Source of the DNA: Bacillota bacterium
Lineage (GTDB): Bacteria; Bacillota; Desulfitobacteriia; Desulfitobacteriales; JAJXUE01
Length of the DNA stretch: 61,860 bases
Direction of reading: 5' to 3'
Assembly (NCBI GenBank): GCA_021811155.1
Contig: JAJZPO010000006.1
Location: 1-61,860 of the forward strand
Shown here: positions 1 to 9,923 of the stretch, piece by piece
Numbering within the stretch: position 1 is the stretch's first letter
How the letters are laid out: every line of letters begins with the position of its first letter
Made by a program: the position numbers and the translations under genes
Notes under the pieces: model-generated
What the model saw: only the letters and a program-made list of their open reading frames with translations
Database searches by the model: none
What the model was told of the DNA's origin: nothing

Positions 1-25
1 ATCTCACCGACAAGGAGGAGAAGCG

Positions 26-1339
26 ATGCAAAAGTTGCCGCTAAAGATAGGGCTATTGGGCCTTGGCACCGTGGGCAGCGGTGTAGTCAAGATTCTGCAG
101 GACAACCAGGAATCCATCTCCATCAAAGTGGGCCGGGGGGTGGAAGTTGTCAAGGCCCTGGTGCGCAACCCCGACCTGCCTCGCGCAGTTAACTGCGATT
201 CCTTTACCCTGACTACAGACGCCAGGGATATTATAGATGACCCGGAAATTGACATAGTAGTGGAAGTAATGGGCAGCATTGAACCTGCCCGCAGCTATAT
301 TATCGAGTCCCTTAAGTCCGGCAAGAACGTAGTCACTGCCAACAAGGACCTGCTGGCCCTGCACGGCCGGGAACTGTTGGATGCGGCCAAGGAAGCCGGC
401 AAAGACCTCCTGTTTGAAGCAAGTGTTGCCGGCGGCATACCGATTGTCGCCGCCCTGAAACACAGTCTGGCCGGCAACCAAATCAAACAGCTGGCCGGTA
501 TAATCAACGGCACCACCAATTACATCCTCACAGCCATGGCGGATCAGGGCAGGGATTACGCCGATGTGCTCAAAGAGGCCCAGGACCTGGGCTATGCTGA
601 AGCAGATCCCTCTTCTGATGTGGACGGACTGGATGCAGCCCGGAAACTGGCTATCCTGGCCTCCATCGCTTTTGGCTCCAGGGTGACAATCCATGATGTG
701 TTTACCGAGGGAATCTCCAAAATCAGCAAAGTTGACCTGGCCTATGCCAGGGAACTGGACTGCAGCGTTAAGCTCCTGGCTCTGGCCCAGGAGGATGAAG
801 AACGCATAGAGGTCAGGGTTCACCCCGCCTTCATTCCCAACTCCCATCCCCTCAGTTCGGTCAAAGGGGTATTCAACGCCGTCTACGTGGTGGGGGACGC
901 AGTGGGAGAAACCATGTTTTACGGGCGCGGCGCCGGCTCCCTGCCCACGGGCAGCGCCGTTGTGTCTGACTTGATGCAGGTTGCCCACAACCTGGAAACC
1001 TACGCCAACGGCAGTTTAAACTGCACTTGTTACCGCCAGTTGGAGATAAAACCGGTCTCTGAATTTAAATCGGCTTATTATGTCAGGCTTAATGTTAAGG
1101 ATGAACCGAGGGTTCTGGCCAGTTTAGCCCATATGTTCGCTGAAGCGGGGATCAGCTTTGCTTCTATCATCCAGAAACCGAAGCCGGGACAGGAAGCGGA
1201 AATTGTATTGGTAACGCACCCCTGTCAGGAAGGTCAATTGCAGCAGGCGGTCGAATACCTCAAAGTTTACTCCAAAGTCTTGGACATCTGCAATATTATT
1301 CGCGTTGAGGGAGGACAATCATGGTCTGGCAGGGATTAA
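26..1339 (+). CDS. hom: Homoserine dehydrogenase with C-terminal ACT domain
   Basis: GLGTVGSG Rossmann motif, [40 protein letters not shown]; RBS AAGGAGG upstream. Confidence 0.96.
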   Translation: MQKLPLKIGLLGLGTVGSGVVKILQDNQESISIKVGRGVEVVKALVRNPDLPRAVNCDSFTLTTDARDIIDDPEIDIVVEVMGSIEPARSYIIESLKSGKNVVTANKDLLALHGRELLDAAKEAGKDLLFEASVAGGIPIVAALKHSLAGNQIKQLAGIINGTTNYILTAMADQGRDYADVLKEAQDLGYAEADPSSDVDGLDAARKLAILASIAFGSRVTIHDVFTEGISKISKVDLAYARELDCSVKLLALAQEDEERIEVRVHPAFIPNSHPLSSVKGVFNAVYVVGDAVGETMFYGRGAGSLPTGSAVVSDLMQVAHNLETYANGSLNCTCYRQLEIKPVSEFKSAYYVRLNVKDEPRVLASLAHMFAEAGISFASIIQKPKPGQEAEIVLVTHPCQEGQLQQAVEYLKVYSKVLDICNIIRVEGGQSWSGRD

Positions 1340-2364
1340 TCGAAAAGTTCCGGGCACATCTGCCTGTGAACGAAAAAACACCGCACCTTACCCTTTTGGA
1401 AGGGAACACACCGCTGATCAAAGCTGAAAACCTGTCGCGGGAACTGGATTTAAACATCTATTTTAAGTATGAAGGTTTGAACCCCACAGGCTCATTCAAG
1501 GACAGGGGAATGGTGGTTGCCGTAGCCAAAGCTCTGGAGGAAGGTTCCCAGGCTATTTTGTGCGCTTCCACGGGGAATACCGCTGCATCAGCCGCTGCTT
1601 ACGCCGCCCGAGCAGGCATCAAATGCTATGTGCTTTTGCCCGGGGGATACGTAGCCAGGGGCAAACTGGCTCAGGCTCTGCTCTACGGCGCCACCGCCCT
1701 GGCGGTAAACGGCAACTTTGACGAAGCTCTGAACATCGCCCGTTCCCTTACGGCCAAGCGCCCTATAACCCTGGTCAATTCCGTCAATCCTTACCGGATC
1801 GAGGGACAGAAAACCTCTGCCTTTGAGATTTGCGAACAATTGGGCAAGGCCCCTGATTTTCTCTGCATCCCTGTAGGAAACGCCGGGAACATCACCGCCT
1901 ACTGGCGCGGCTTTAAGGAGTATAACCAACTGGGTAAAACAAGCGCCAGGCCAAAGCTGATGGGTTTTCAGGCCGCGGGCTCCGCGCCCATCGTCCTGGG
2001 GCGCCCGGTGGAGAAACCGGAGACCGTGGCAACAGCCATCCGCATCGGCAACCCGGCTTCCTGGCAGTTTGCCGTTGACGCCGCCCTGGAATCAGAGGGC
2101 AAAATCAGGCTGGTGAGCGACGAAGAAATCCTCTCCGCCTACCGCACCCTTGCCGCCAAAGAAGGTGTTTTTGCCGAGCCGGCTTCCGCCGCTTCCCTCG
2201 CCGGACTGATTAAGTACCGCGCTGATTTCCCCGCCGGGAGCACGGTCGTCTGCGTACTCACCGGCAATGGTCTCAAAGACCCAGAGACCGCTCTGGAAAC
2301 TTCCCCCGCCGGACTGCAAACCATTGAAGCCAGCGAAGAGGCAGTATTGAAAGCAATTCTCTGA
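1321..2364 (+). CDS. thrC: Threonine synthase
   Basis: [16 protein letters not shown]-lysine motif, [24 protein letters not shown]; overlaps end of hom. Confidence 0.96.
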   Translation: MVWQGLIEKFRAHLPVNEKTPHLTLLEGNTPLIKAENLSRELDLNIYFKYEGLNPTGSFKDRGMVVAVAKALEEGSQAILCASTGNTAASAAAYAARAGIKCYVLLPGGYVARGKLAQALLYGATALAVNGNFDEALNIARSLTAKRPITLVNSVNPYRIEGQKTSAFEICEQLGKAPDFLCIPVGNAGNITAYWRGFKEYNQLGKTSARPKLMGFQAAGSAPIVLGRPVEKPETVATAIRIGNPASWQFAVDAALESEGKIRLVSDEEILSAYRTLAAKEGVFAEPASAASLAGLIKYRADFPAGSTVVCVLTGNGLKDPETALETSPAGLQTIEASEEAVLKAIL

Positions 2365-2379
2365 TTAGGGGGTCTTGTT

Positions 2380-3312
2380 GTGGTCTTGGTCCGAATTCCC
2401 GCCACCTCCGCCAACCTTGGCCCGGGTTTTGACTGCCTGGGCATTGCCCTTGACCTGTATAACTACATTTCCATCAGCGATGCTGACGAACCGCTGCAAA
2501 TCACCCTAGGCGGGAAGTACCGGGACGGGATTCCACAAGATGAAACCAACCTGGTTTACCGGGCCGCCCTCCAGGTATGGCGCAAAACCGGTTACAAGCC
2601 TAAAGGCATCTCCCTGCACCTGGTAAACGATATCCCTCCCGCCCGCGGCTTAGGCAGCAGTTCAGCGGCCATAGTAGGCGGGATGTACGCTGCCAACCTT
2701 CAGGCCGGTTCTCCCCTCACCAGGGAAGAAATACTGGCGCTGGCCGCCGAACTGGAAGGGCATCCTGACAATGTGGCTCCTGCCCTTTACGGGGGGGCAA
2801 CTCTGGCAATCCGGCAATCAGACGGACAGTATCTCTGCCGTTCCCTGGGCAATGCCGCAGACTTGAAATTGGTTGCGGCGGTGCCCGATATGCTCCTTTC
2901 GACAGAGCTTTCCCGGGGGCTTCTGCCTTCCCAGGTTCCCCTTACGGATGCGGTCTGGAACCTAAGCAGAACCGGCCTCCTGGTGACCTCGCTGCTGACT
3001 AAGGATTATTCACTGCTCAAAGACGCTATGGAAGACCGTTTGCATGAACCCTACAGGGCCAAACAGATTCCCGGCATGCAGAGCGCCCTGGCTGCCGCCC
3101 GGGGAGCAGGCGCCCTGGGGGCGGTATTGAGCGGCGCCGGACCAACCCTCATTGCCTTTACAACAGGCTCTGCGTCTGCCAGCCAGGTAGGCAGCGCCAT
3201 GCAAAGCGTCTTTCTTGCCCATGGAACAAAGGCTGAGATTCATTACCTGAACCCTGATAGCCAGGGAGCGGTGGAAATTGGAGGAAATTATGGCAGTATT
3301 GAGGCCGTTTAA
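2380..3312 (+). CDS. thrB: Homoserine kinase
   Basis: PATSANLGPGFD, GHMP motif IPPARGLGSSSAA, EGHPDN, SGAGPT. Confidence 0.96.
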   Translation: MVLVRIPATSANLGPGFDCLGIALDLYNYISISDADEPLQITLGGKYRDGIPQDETNLVYRAALQVWRKTGYKPKGISLHLVNDIPPARGLGSSSAAIVGGMYAANLQAGSPLTREEILALAAELEGHPDNVAPALYGGATLAIRQSDGQYLCRSLGNAADLKLVAAVPDMLLSTELSRGLLPSQVPLTDAVWNLSRTGLLVTSLLTKDYSLLKDAMEDRLHEPYRAKQIPGMQSALAAARGAGALGAVLSGAGPTLIAFTTGSASASQVGSAMQSVFLAHGTKAEIHYLNPDSQGAVEIGGNYGSIEAV

Positions 3313-4534
3313 GGCCGTTAGACCGGTCCAATCTCTGGCCGCCAAGGTTGCAGCCCTGCCCTACGATGTTATGGATACCGAAGAAGCGCGCGCAATGGTC
3401 AAGGGCAATCCTTATTCCTTCCTGCATGTTGACAGGGCTGAGATTGACCTTGAGGTTGGGATAAACCCTTACAGCGAAGCTGTTTATGAAAAAGCGCGGC
3501 AGAACCTGAACGCCATGATGCGTGAAGGCACATTGGTCCAGGACCAGGCTGCAAATCTCTATGTCTACAGGCAGAAACTGCATAGCCGGGTTCAGACCGG
3601 ACTGGTTGGCTGTGTTGCCATTGATGACTATCTGGACAATGTTATCAAAAAACATGAACATACCCGTCCAGACAAGGAACAGGACAGAATAAACCATGTC
3701 GACTATTGCGACGCCAACACAGGGCCGATTTTTCTGACCTATAAAAGCAAAAATGAAATCGCCCGGATAATTACGGAATGGACGGAGCGTACACCTCTTT
3801 ACGACTTTGTTGCGGAAGATGGCATTTCCCACACAGTCTGGTGCATAGATGACGCCGGGAGCATTGACTGGCTATGTCAGCTCTTCGGCTCGATTCCCAG
3901 CCTTTATATTGCGGATGGGCATCACCGGGCTGCTTCAGCTGTGAAGGTCGGACAACTGAGGAGAAAACAGAATCCCGCTTTCACCGGTGACGAGGAGTTT
4001 AACTTCTTCCTGGCCGTGTTATTCCCTGACAAGGACCTGAATATCATGGATTACAACAGAGTTGTTGCGGATTTAAACGGTTTGTCAGAGGGTGAATTCA
4101 TGCGTAAAGCAGCGGAACGCTTTGAGGTCAGTGAGTTGGGGGCGAATCAGCCCCATAAACCTGAGGCCAGGCATACTTTCGGCATGTACCTGGCCGGCAG
4201 GTGGTACAAACTGACGGCCCGGGATGAGATTTTTGACCCGGCGGATTCGGTTGCCAGACTCGATGTTTCCATCCTCCAGGACAACCTGCTGGCCCCAATA
4301 TTGGGGATTGAAGACCCCAGGACAGACAAAAGGATCGACTTCATCGGTGGCATCAGAGGACTTGATGAGGTGCAGCGCAGAGTTGATTCAGGCATGAAAG
4401 TGGGGTTTGCCATGTACCCCACCTCCATAGAGGACCTGATGGATGTGGCGGACGCAGGCAAAGTAATGCCCCCTAAATCAACCTGGTTTGAACCAAAGCT
4501 CAGAAGCGGCCTGTTTATTCACAACTTGAGCTGA
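3290..4534 (+). CDS. DUF1015 family protein
   Basis: ALPYDV, KKHEHT, YIADGHHR and C-terminal MPPKSTWFEPKLRSGL are typical of DUF1015; ATG 3290 follows GGAGG and overlaps thrB end. Confidence 0.88.
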   Translation: MAVLRPFKAVRPVQSLAAKVAALPYDVMDTEEARAMVKGNPYSFLHVDRAEIDLEVGINPYSEAVYEKARQNLNAMMREGTLVQDQAANLYVYRQKLHSRVQTGLVGCVAIDDYLDNVIKKHEHTRPDKEQDRINHVDYCDANTGPIFLTYKSKNEIARIITEWTERTPLYDFVAEDGISHTVWCIDDAGSIDWLCQLFGSIPSLYIADGHHRAASAVKVGQLRRKQNPAFTGDEEFNFFLAVLFPDKDLNIMDYNRVVADLNGLSEGEFMRKAAERFEVSELGANQPHKPEARHTFGMYLAGRWYKLTARDEIFDPADSVARLDVSILQDNLLAPILGIEDPRTDKRIDFIGGIRGLDEVQRRVDSGMKVGFAMYPTSIEDLMDVADAGKVMPPKSTWFEPKLRSGLFIHNLS

Positions 4535-4545
4535 ATGCCATTCAA

Positions 4546-4575
4546 CCCCGCAAAACGACCGGCGGGGCTTTTTTT
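4546..4575 (+). terminator. Intrinsic terminator of the thr-DUF1015 operon
   Basis: CCCCGC...GCGGGG hairpin followed by a T7 run. Confidence 0.75.
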
Positions 4576-4642
4576 ATTGTCTTTCGGCGTAAGCTGAGAT
4601 ATGTTAAAAGAGAGATAATTCTGAATTTTCGGGGGAATTTTT

Positions 4643-6547
4643 TTGTCCAGCTCCTTACAAGGTTTCCAGCCGTTCGACAGCCTGTCCGCTGCGGCATTGG
4701 AAGAATTAAGTCCTAAACTTGCGCAAAAGACCTTTCCCAAGGACAGCTATGTGTTTACCCAGGGCCAGCGCTCCCTCGGCTACCTCTTTCTGGTTGTTTC
4801 CGGCCTGGCTGAAATCATTATCCGCAGCGATGCCGGTTCCTCCAGCGTGGTGGGGCTGCGCCACCCGGGCGAGTTCTTTGGTGAAACTGTACTCTTAACC
4901 GGCAAGCGGTACCCTGCTTCTGTCAAGGCAGTGGAGGACCTCACCTGTTACCTGTTGGAAAAGGAAACGTTCGAGAAAATGCTGCGGACTCACAAGGAAT
5001 TTGCCGGCTATTTCAGCCACATCCTCACAGACAGGCTGAGAGACCTGTATGAGGAAATGGTTCAGGAGCAGCCTGCCGAATCTTTTGGCCTTAGTTCTGA
5101 GCCTTTTAAGAAACGGGTTTGCGATATCATGTCCTCACCGGTGATAACCTGCGCCCCAAACACACCTGTTACCCAGGTGGCGCGCATCTTCAGCCAGCAA
5201 AAAATAACTTCAGTTGTTGTCACAGCTGCCAACGGCAAAACCATGGGGCTTGTAAGCGAGCGGGATTTGATCAGCAAGGTCCTGGCTCTGGACAGCAATC
5301 CGGCTGTAGTCAACGCGGAAGACGTGATGGAAAAAAAACCTTCCACCCTTCCTCCCGATGCCTATTTCTATCAGGCCCTGCTCACCATGCTTAAGCAGCA
5401 GAGCAAGTACATCCTGGTGATGGAACAGGGCCGGCCTATCGGAGTTGTCACCATCGGCGACCTGACCCGGGCCAGGATTACCAGTTCCCTCGCCATTGTC
5501 AAAGCCATTGAGTCCTCGGGCAGCGTCAGCGAACTGGCTGAAGCTTCTAAGCTGATCAACAATGTCCTGGTGACCATGCTGGCAGAAAAGGCCCCCGCCA
5601 ACGAAATCTGCGCCGTTGTTTCCGAGCTGAACGACAGCATCACCAAGCGGATACTGGTGATGGCGGAAGAGCATTTGGCCGACGCCGGTCTGGGCCTGCC
5701 CCCCATCGATTACTGTTGGCTCACCTTGGGCAGCGGCGGGCGCAAGGAGCAAACCCTGTCCTCAGATCAGGATAACGCTATTATCTATGCTGACCCATCC
5801 CCGGGACAGGAAGATAAAATCAAGGAATATTTTACAGCTTTAGCCGGTTATGTGGTGGACGGCCTGGAAGCCTGCGGCATCTCCAGGTGCCCTGGCAACA
5901 CCATGGCTACCAATCCTGATTGGTGCCTGTCCCTGACGGGGTGGAAAACTGTTATTAACAAGGCTGTCTATTCGCCCAACCCGGATTCGTCACGCCAGTT
6001 CAGCATCATGCTGGATTTTCGTCCGGTTTACGGCCAGGAAAACCTGGCCCGGGAACTACGCGAATTCACAGCCCGCCTGTTCCGCATAGCCCCGATGATC
6101 TTACACCACATGGCCAAAGACGACCTGTCTCACCGGGTGCCCCTGAACCTGTTTAAGCACGTGATTGTGGAAAAGTCCAAGGAGCATAAAGACCAGGTTG
6201 ACCTGAAGAAAGCTGCCTGTGTGCATATTGTTGACTGCATTCGTATTTTCGCGATGCGGGAAGGGCTGAGCGAAACGAATACCCTGGAAAGGATGAACAA
6301 GCTGGTGCAGCTGGAGGCCCTTTCCGCCGAGGAAGCCGAATACTACGAAGCGGCCTTTCAGTCCCTGATGATGTTCCGCATCCGGGAAAATCTAAGCAAA
6401 GTGAGCAGCGGCCTCGTAGCGGACAATTACATCAACCCCGGCAAGCTCAGCAGGAGACAAAAAACAGTCCTGAGAGAAAGTTTCCTGGCCATCGACCGCC
6501 TGCAATCTTTCACCAGTACAGTTTTTCAGGTGGATGGCCATCTGTAA
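4643..6547 (+). CDS. cNMP-binding / CBS-pair / DUF294 nucleotidyltransferase-like signal-transduction protein
   Basis: N-terminal cNMP-binding fold (GEFFGE), two CBS repeats, NTase motif LGSGGRKEQTLSSDQDNA, DUF294_C-like DLKK...IVDCIRIFA; TTG start uncertain. Confidence 0.88.
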   Translation: MSSSLQGFQPFDSLSAAALEELSPKLAQKTFPKDSYVFTQGQRSLGYLFLVVSGLAEIIIRSDAGSSSVVGLRHPGEFFGETVLLTGKRYPASVKAVEDLTCYLLEKETFEKMLRTHKEFAGYFSHILTDRLRDLYEEMVQEQPAESFGLSSEPFKKRVCDIMSSPVITCAPNTPVTQVARIFSQQKITSVVVTAANGKTMGLVSERDLISKVLALDSNPAVVNAEDVMEKKPSTLPPDAYFYQALLTMLKQQSKYILVMEQGRPIGVVTIGDLTRARITSSLAIVKAIESSGSVSELAEASKLINNVLVTMLAEKAPANEICAVVSELNDSITKRILVMAEEHLADAGLGLPPIDYCWLTLGSGGRKEQTLSSDQDNAIIYADPSPGQEDKIKEYFTALAGYVVDGLEACGISRCPGNTMATNPDWCLSLTGWKTVINKAVYSPNPDSSRQFSIMLDFRPVYGQENLARELREFTARLFRIAPMILHHMAKDDLSHRVPLNLFKHVIVEKSKEHKDQVDLKKAACVHIVDCIRIFAMREGLSETNTLERMNKLVQLEALSAEEAEYYEAAFQSLMMFRIRENLSKVSSGLVADNYINPGKLSRRQKTVLRESFLAIDRLQSFTSTVFQVDGHL

Positions 6548-6561
6548 GGGAGTGAAGAATT

Positions 6562-7263
6562 GTGTTTAGCGCTCTGCTCAATCTCAACAGGCGCAGCGCC
6601 GATAATTTGAGCAACTCTCCAGGGTTAACAGGCTTGTACACCAAACTGGCCTCCCTGAAAAACCACCCCTGGCCTGATGCGCGCCTGGACAAGGGCAGGT
6701 TCATTATTTTTGACACGGAGACAACAGGTTTGTCCTGCAACAAGGGGGATGAAATCATTTCCCTCGGCGCAGCAGAAATTTGTGACGGTCAACTTACCGG
6801 TTCTTTCTTCGCCCAATTGGTCAACCCAAACCGGGCAATTCCCCCTGTCGCCAGCGAGCTCACCGGAATCCGCGACGAAATGGTCGCTGACAGCCCCGAT
6901 GTGCTGACCGCGCTTGACCGCTTCCTGGAATTTGCGGGTCCCACACCCCTGGTGGCTCACAACGCCCATTTTGACCTCAGCTTTATTAACACCAAACTGC
7001 GCAAATACTGCGGCCAACGGCTACGGATTCCCACCCTGGACACCTACATGCTTTCCCACCTGCTTTTTCCCTACCGTCGCTCCCACTCTCTGGATTCCCT
7101 GGCCAGCCACTTCGGCGTGCCGCTGGAAGGGCGCCACACAGCCCTGGGAGATTCCCAGATTACCGCCAAAATCTTCCTGGAGATGTCCTCCACCTTGGTT
7201 TCCCGGGGCATCAGAACGACTTCCGAGCTAACAAGCTATCTCCAATTCCGCAGACTGATCTGA
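6562..7263 (+). CDS. DEDDh 3'-5' exonuclease (DnaQ/epsilon-like)
   Basis: ExoI FDTETTG, ExoII AHNAHFD, ExoIII HTALGD. Confidence 0.9.
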   Translation: MFSALLNLNRRSADNLSNSPGLTGLYTKLASLKNHPWPDARLDKGRFIIFDTETTGLSCNKGDEIISLGAAEICDGQLTGSFFAQLVNPNRAIPPVASELTGIRDEMVADSPDVLTALDRFLEFAGPTPLVAHNAHFDLSFINTKLRKYCGQRLRIPTLDTYMLSHLLFPYRRSHSLDSLASHFGVPLEGRHTALGDSQITAKIFLEMSSTLVSRGIRTTSELTSYLQFRRLI

Positions 7264-7275
7264 ACAATCAAAGCA

Positions 7276-7330
7276 TTCAGAAGTCAGAACTCAGACTACT
7301 TTGACCGTTTGTCTTATTCTGACTACTGAT
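7276..7330. repeat. Heptamer repeats, CTCAGAA-type facing TTCTGAC-type
   Basis: ttcagaa gtcagaa ctcagac ... ttctgac tactgat. Confidence 0.55.
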
Positions 7331-7337
7331 CCAAGAA

Positions 7338-7367
7338 GGAAGCAGGGGCCGCTAAGCCCCTGCTTTT
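7338..7367. terminator. Terminator between convergent genes
   Basis: AAGCAGGGGC-cgctaa-GCCCCTGCTT followed by further T residues. Confidence 0.75.
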
Positions 7368-7375
7368 TCATTAGA

Positions 7376-7815
7376 TTAATGAAGCCGGATGAAGGGCAGG
7401 TCGGGACTGGTTTGGCCGGCAGTATGTTCCACCACAGTACTGATGTCTGCCTCACCCAGGTTGTCCAGGTACCTGACCGCACTCAGAGCGGCAGCAGCCC
7501 CTTCGCCTACCGCCTTTGCCAGCTGGTAGGGTTTCCCAGTACAATCGCCTGCCGCAAAAACCCCCGGGATATTTGTCTGCATTTCCCGGTCTACGCTGAT
7601 AGTCCCATCCCGCAGTTCCAAACCGGGGAGCAGCTGTTCCGCCGGCATGGTCTCCCTCAGGATAAAGACCCCGTCCACCGGAATCCGTTCCTCGCCCAGT
7701 TCAATCCCGCTTACAGCCTCCGCCCCTGCAATCCTGACGGGCTTGCCGTTCTTGAGCGTTACCTTTGGATTCATGGTTCCCGGGTCTGGGTATTGGGGAA
7801 TGTAGACGAGATCTG
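7376..7815 (-). pseudogene. 3' remnant of a thioredoxin-reductase-like NAD(P)/FAD oxidoreductase
   Basis: C-terminal motifs only (VDGVFI, TNIPGVFAAGDCTG, AKAVGEG); no N-terminal GxGxxG; 5' boundary approximate. Confidence 0.75.
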
Positions 7816-7918
7816 ACCCCCTTGAAAACTCAATCACCCATAATATGCCCGCCTGGGCTGGCTTTAAACACTCCAGACATGGCACTTACAGGGTTGTTAC
7901 CAAAAACTAACCTTGCAT

Positions 7919-8041
7919 ATGGGTCCAATGGGGGAGACCTCGGGCCAGCTTCTGGTGGAAAAGGGGTACACCAAGGTCTTTAACCTTTCCGGAGGCGTGG
8001 AGGCCTGGCGCGGCCAGAACGGGCCGCTGGTGAACCAATAA
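7919..8041 (+). pseudogene. 3' remnant of a rhodanese-like gene (not in ORF track)
   Basis: Reads MGPMGETSGQLLVEKGYTKVFNLSGGVEAWRGQNGPLVNQ*, matching the rhodanese C-terminal signature GY..V.NL.GG..AW; upstream frame is unrelated and closed at 7865. Confidence 0.7.
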
Positions 8042-8046
8042 GAAGC

Positions 8047-8087
8047 AAAAAATGGAGGAACAGCTTCCTAGCTGTCCTCCATTTTTT
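8047..8087. terminator. Bidirectional terminator (rhodanese remnant / gap)
   Basis: AAAAAATGGAGG-aACAGCT-tcct-AGCTGT-CCTCCATTTTTT. Confidence 0.85.
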
Positions 8088-8158
8088 GTTGCATGCAGGC
8101 TCGCGCTGCCATTTGGCAGTTTGCCAAAATTGTTGCCCGGCTCAAGTTGGTTTACTGA

Positions 8159-9169
8159 CTACAAACCCTGGGATGCGAGATACGTCACCAGATCGATTAC
8201 CCGGTTGGAGTATCCCCATTCATTGTCATACCAGGCCAAAACTTTAACCATGCGTTCACCCAGCATCATGGTGGACAGGCCGTCGACTATGGAACTGGCG
8301 GGATTGCCGTTAAAGTCGCGGGAAACCAAAGGAAGCTCAGTATATTCCAGATAACCTTTTAATGTTGTTTCGGCTGCCTGTCTGAGTTTGGCATTTACCT
8401 CTTCTTTACTTGTGGGCCGGGAAAGATTGGCGACTAAATCCACCAGGGATACATTTGGTGTCGGCACTCGAACAGCCAGCCCATTGAGCTTGCCCTTCAG
8501 TTCCGGCAAAACAAGCGCAACCGCCTTTGCAGCCCCGGTCGTGGTGGGAATCATGGATTCGTAGGCCGCCCTGGCCCTGCGCCAGTCTTTGTGCCCCAGG
8601 TCCAGGATCTGCTGGTCATTGGTTACAGAGTGGGTTGTGGTCATCATGCCATTCTCAATCCCAAACTCCTCCAGCAGAACCTTTGCCACCGGAGCCAGGC
8701 AGTTGGTCGTGCAGGAGGCGTTTGAAATAACATGATGTTGGGCCGGATCATAGTTTTGTTCGTTTACACCCATCACAACGGTAATATCTTCATTTTTGCC
8801 GGGAGCTGAGATAACCACTTTCTTGGCCCCCGCATTCAGATGTTGGGCTGCACCTTCTCTGTCGGTGAACCGGCCGGTGGATTCGATAACCAAGTCAACA
8901 CCTAAGTCACGCCAGGGCAGGTTGGCGGGATTCTTTTCCGCCAGCAAGCGAATTCTCTGGCCTGCTACCCTAACCGTGTTTCCGTCAAGTTCAACACTTT
9001 CCTGCAATATTCCATGGATAGAATCGTACTTGAGCAGATGGGCCAGCAAATCGGGACTCCCCAAATCATTGACAGCCACAACCTCAACCGGGGCGTTTTT
9101 GCTCAAAGCAGCCCGCAAAGAGAGCCGGCCAATCCGGCCAAAACCGTTAATCGCAATTCTTACACTCAT
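8159..9169 (-). CDS. gap: Type I glyceraldehyde-3-phosphate dehydrogenase
   Basis: INGFGRIGR, catalytic ISNASCTTNCLAP, WYDNEWGYS. Confidence 0.97.
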   Translation of the reverse strand: MSVRIAINGFGRIGRLSLRAALSKNAPVEVVAVNDLGSPDLLAHLLKYDSIHGILQESVELDGNTVRVAGQRIRLLAEKNPANLPWRDLGVDLVIESTGRFTDREGAAQHLNAGAKKVVISAPGKNEDITVVMGVNEQNYDPAQHHVISNASCTTNCLAPVAKVLLEEFGIENGMMTTTHSVTNDQQILDLGHKDWRRARAAYESMIPTTTGAAKAVALVLPELKGKLNGLAVRVPTPNVSLVDLVANLSRPTSKEEVNAKLRQAAETTLKGYLEYTELPLVSRDFNGNPASSIVDGLSTMMLGERMVKVLAWYDNEWGYSNRVIDLVTYLASQGL

Positions 9170-9265
9170 GTCTTTTTAACCTCCTCTGTTTCTATCATAA
9201 ATTTTCGCTGCGCACAGTTTCAATGCCTGCTGTTCAATCGAACATGGTCCGTCCCATATCCAGCC

Positions 9266-9688
9266 TCAGCCAAGCCCGGCGACGTTTGCAGGACGGAGCA
9301 TCTTGGCCTCCCCTTGCTGCACTTTGATTACGTGTTCAATCAGGATCTCCGCGCTGTTCCAGTTCGTTGCCAGAGGAATATTATGAACATCGCACAGACG
9401 CAATAAAGCGGATATGTCCGGTTCGTGAGGTTGGGCGGTCAAAGGGTCACGCAGGAAAATCACCATGTCCATTTCATTACAGGCGATTAAGCTGCCGATT
9501 TGCTGGTCACCGCCAAGGGGTCCGGACAAGACCCGGGTCACCTTTAACCCGGTGGCTTCCTGAATAATTCTTCCCGTCGTACCGGTCGCAGTTAAGTCAC
9601 ACCCGGCCAGAATCTCCTTATACTTGTTTGCAAACTGCACCATTTCCTGTTTTTTGGCGTCATGGGCAATCAATGCCAGTTTTATCAA
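9266..9688 (-). CDS. mgsA: Methylglyoxal synthase
   Basis: [31 protein letters not shown]; TTG start after AGGAGGTG. Confidence 0.96.
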   Translation of the reverse strand: MIKLALIAHDAKKQEMVQFANKYKEILAGCDLTATGTTGRIIQEATGLKVTRVLSGPLGGDQQIGSLIACNEMDMVIFLRDPLTAQPHEPDISALLRLCDVHNIPLATNWNSAEILIEHVIKVQQGEAKMLRPANVAGLG

Positions 9689-9857
9689 TGACCCCACCTC
9701 CTTTGCCCAATCCCATTACTGTACATTTGAGCCATGTTTCCCAATATCATATGTTCGAATGAACAATATATTCTGCGCAATAATGCCTTTTTCCTCTTTT
9801 TATTCTGTTCTTTCAAACATTTTTTTGCACTTGCATAAAAGCTTCCGTCCAACAAAC

Positions 9858-9895
9858 AAATGCGCGCTTCGTTTTTCCTCGAGCGCGCATTCAGT
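9858..9895 (-). terminator. Terminator-like hairpin downstream of the glucan synthase gene; second copy at 56378
   Basis: AATGCGCGC-ttcgtttttcctcga-GCGCGCATT. Confidence 0.6.
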
Positions 9896-9923
9896 ACTCA
9901 ATTTCCGTGTCCTGGCCAGATAT

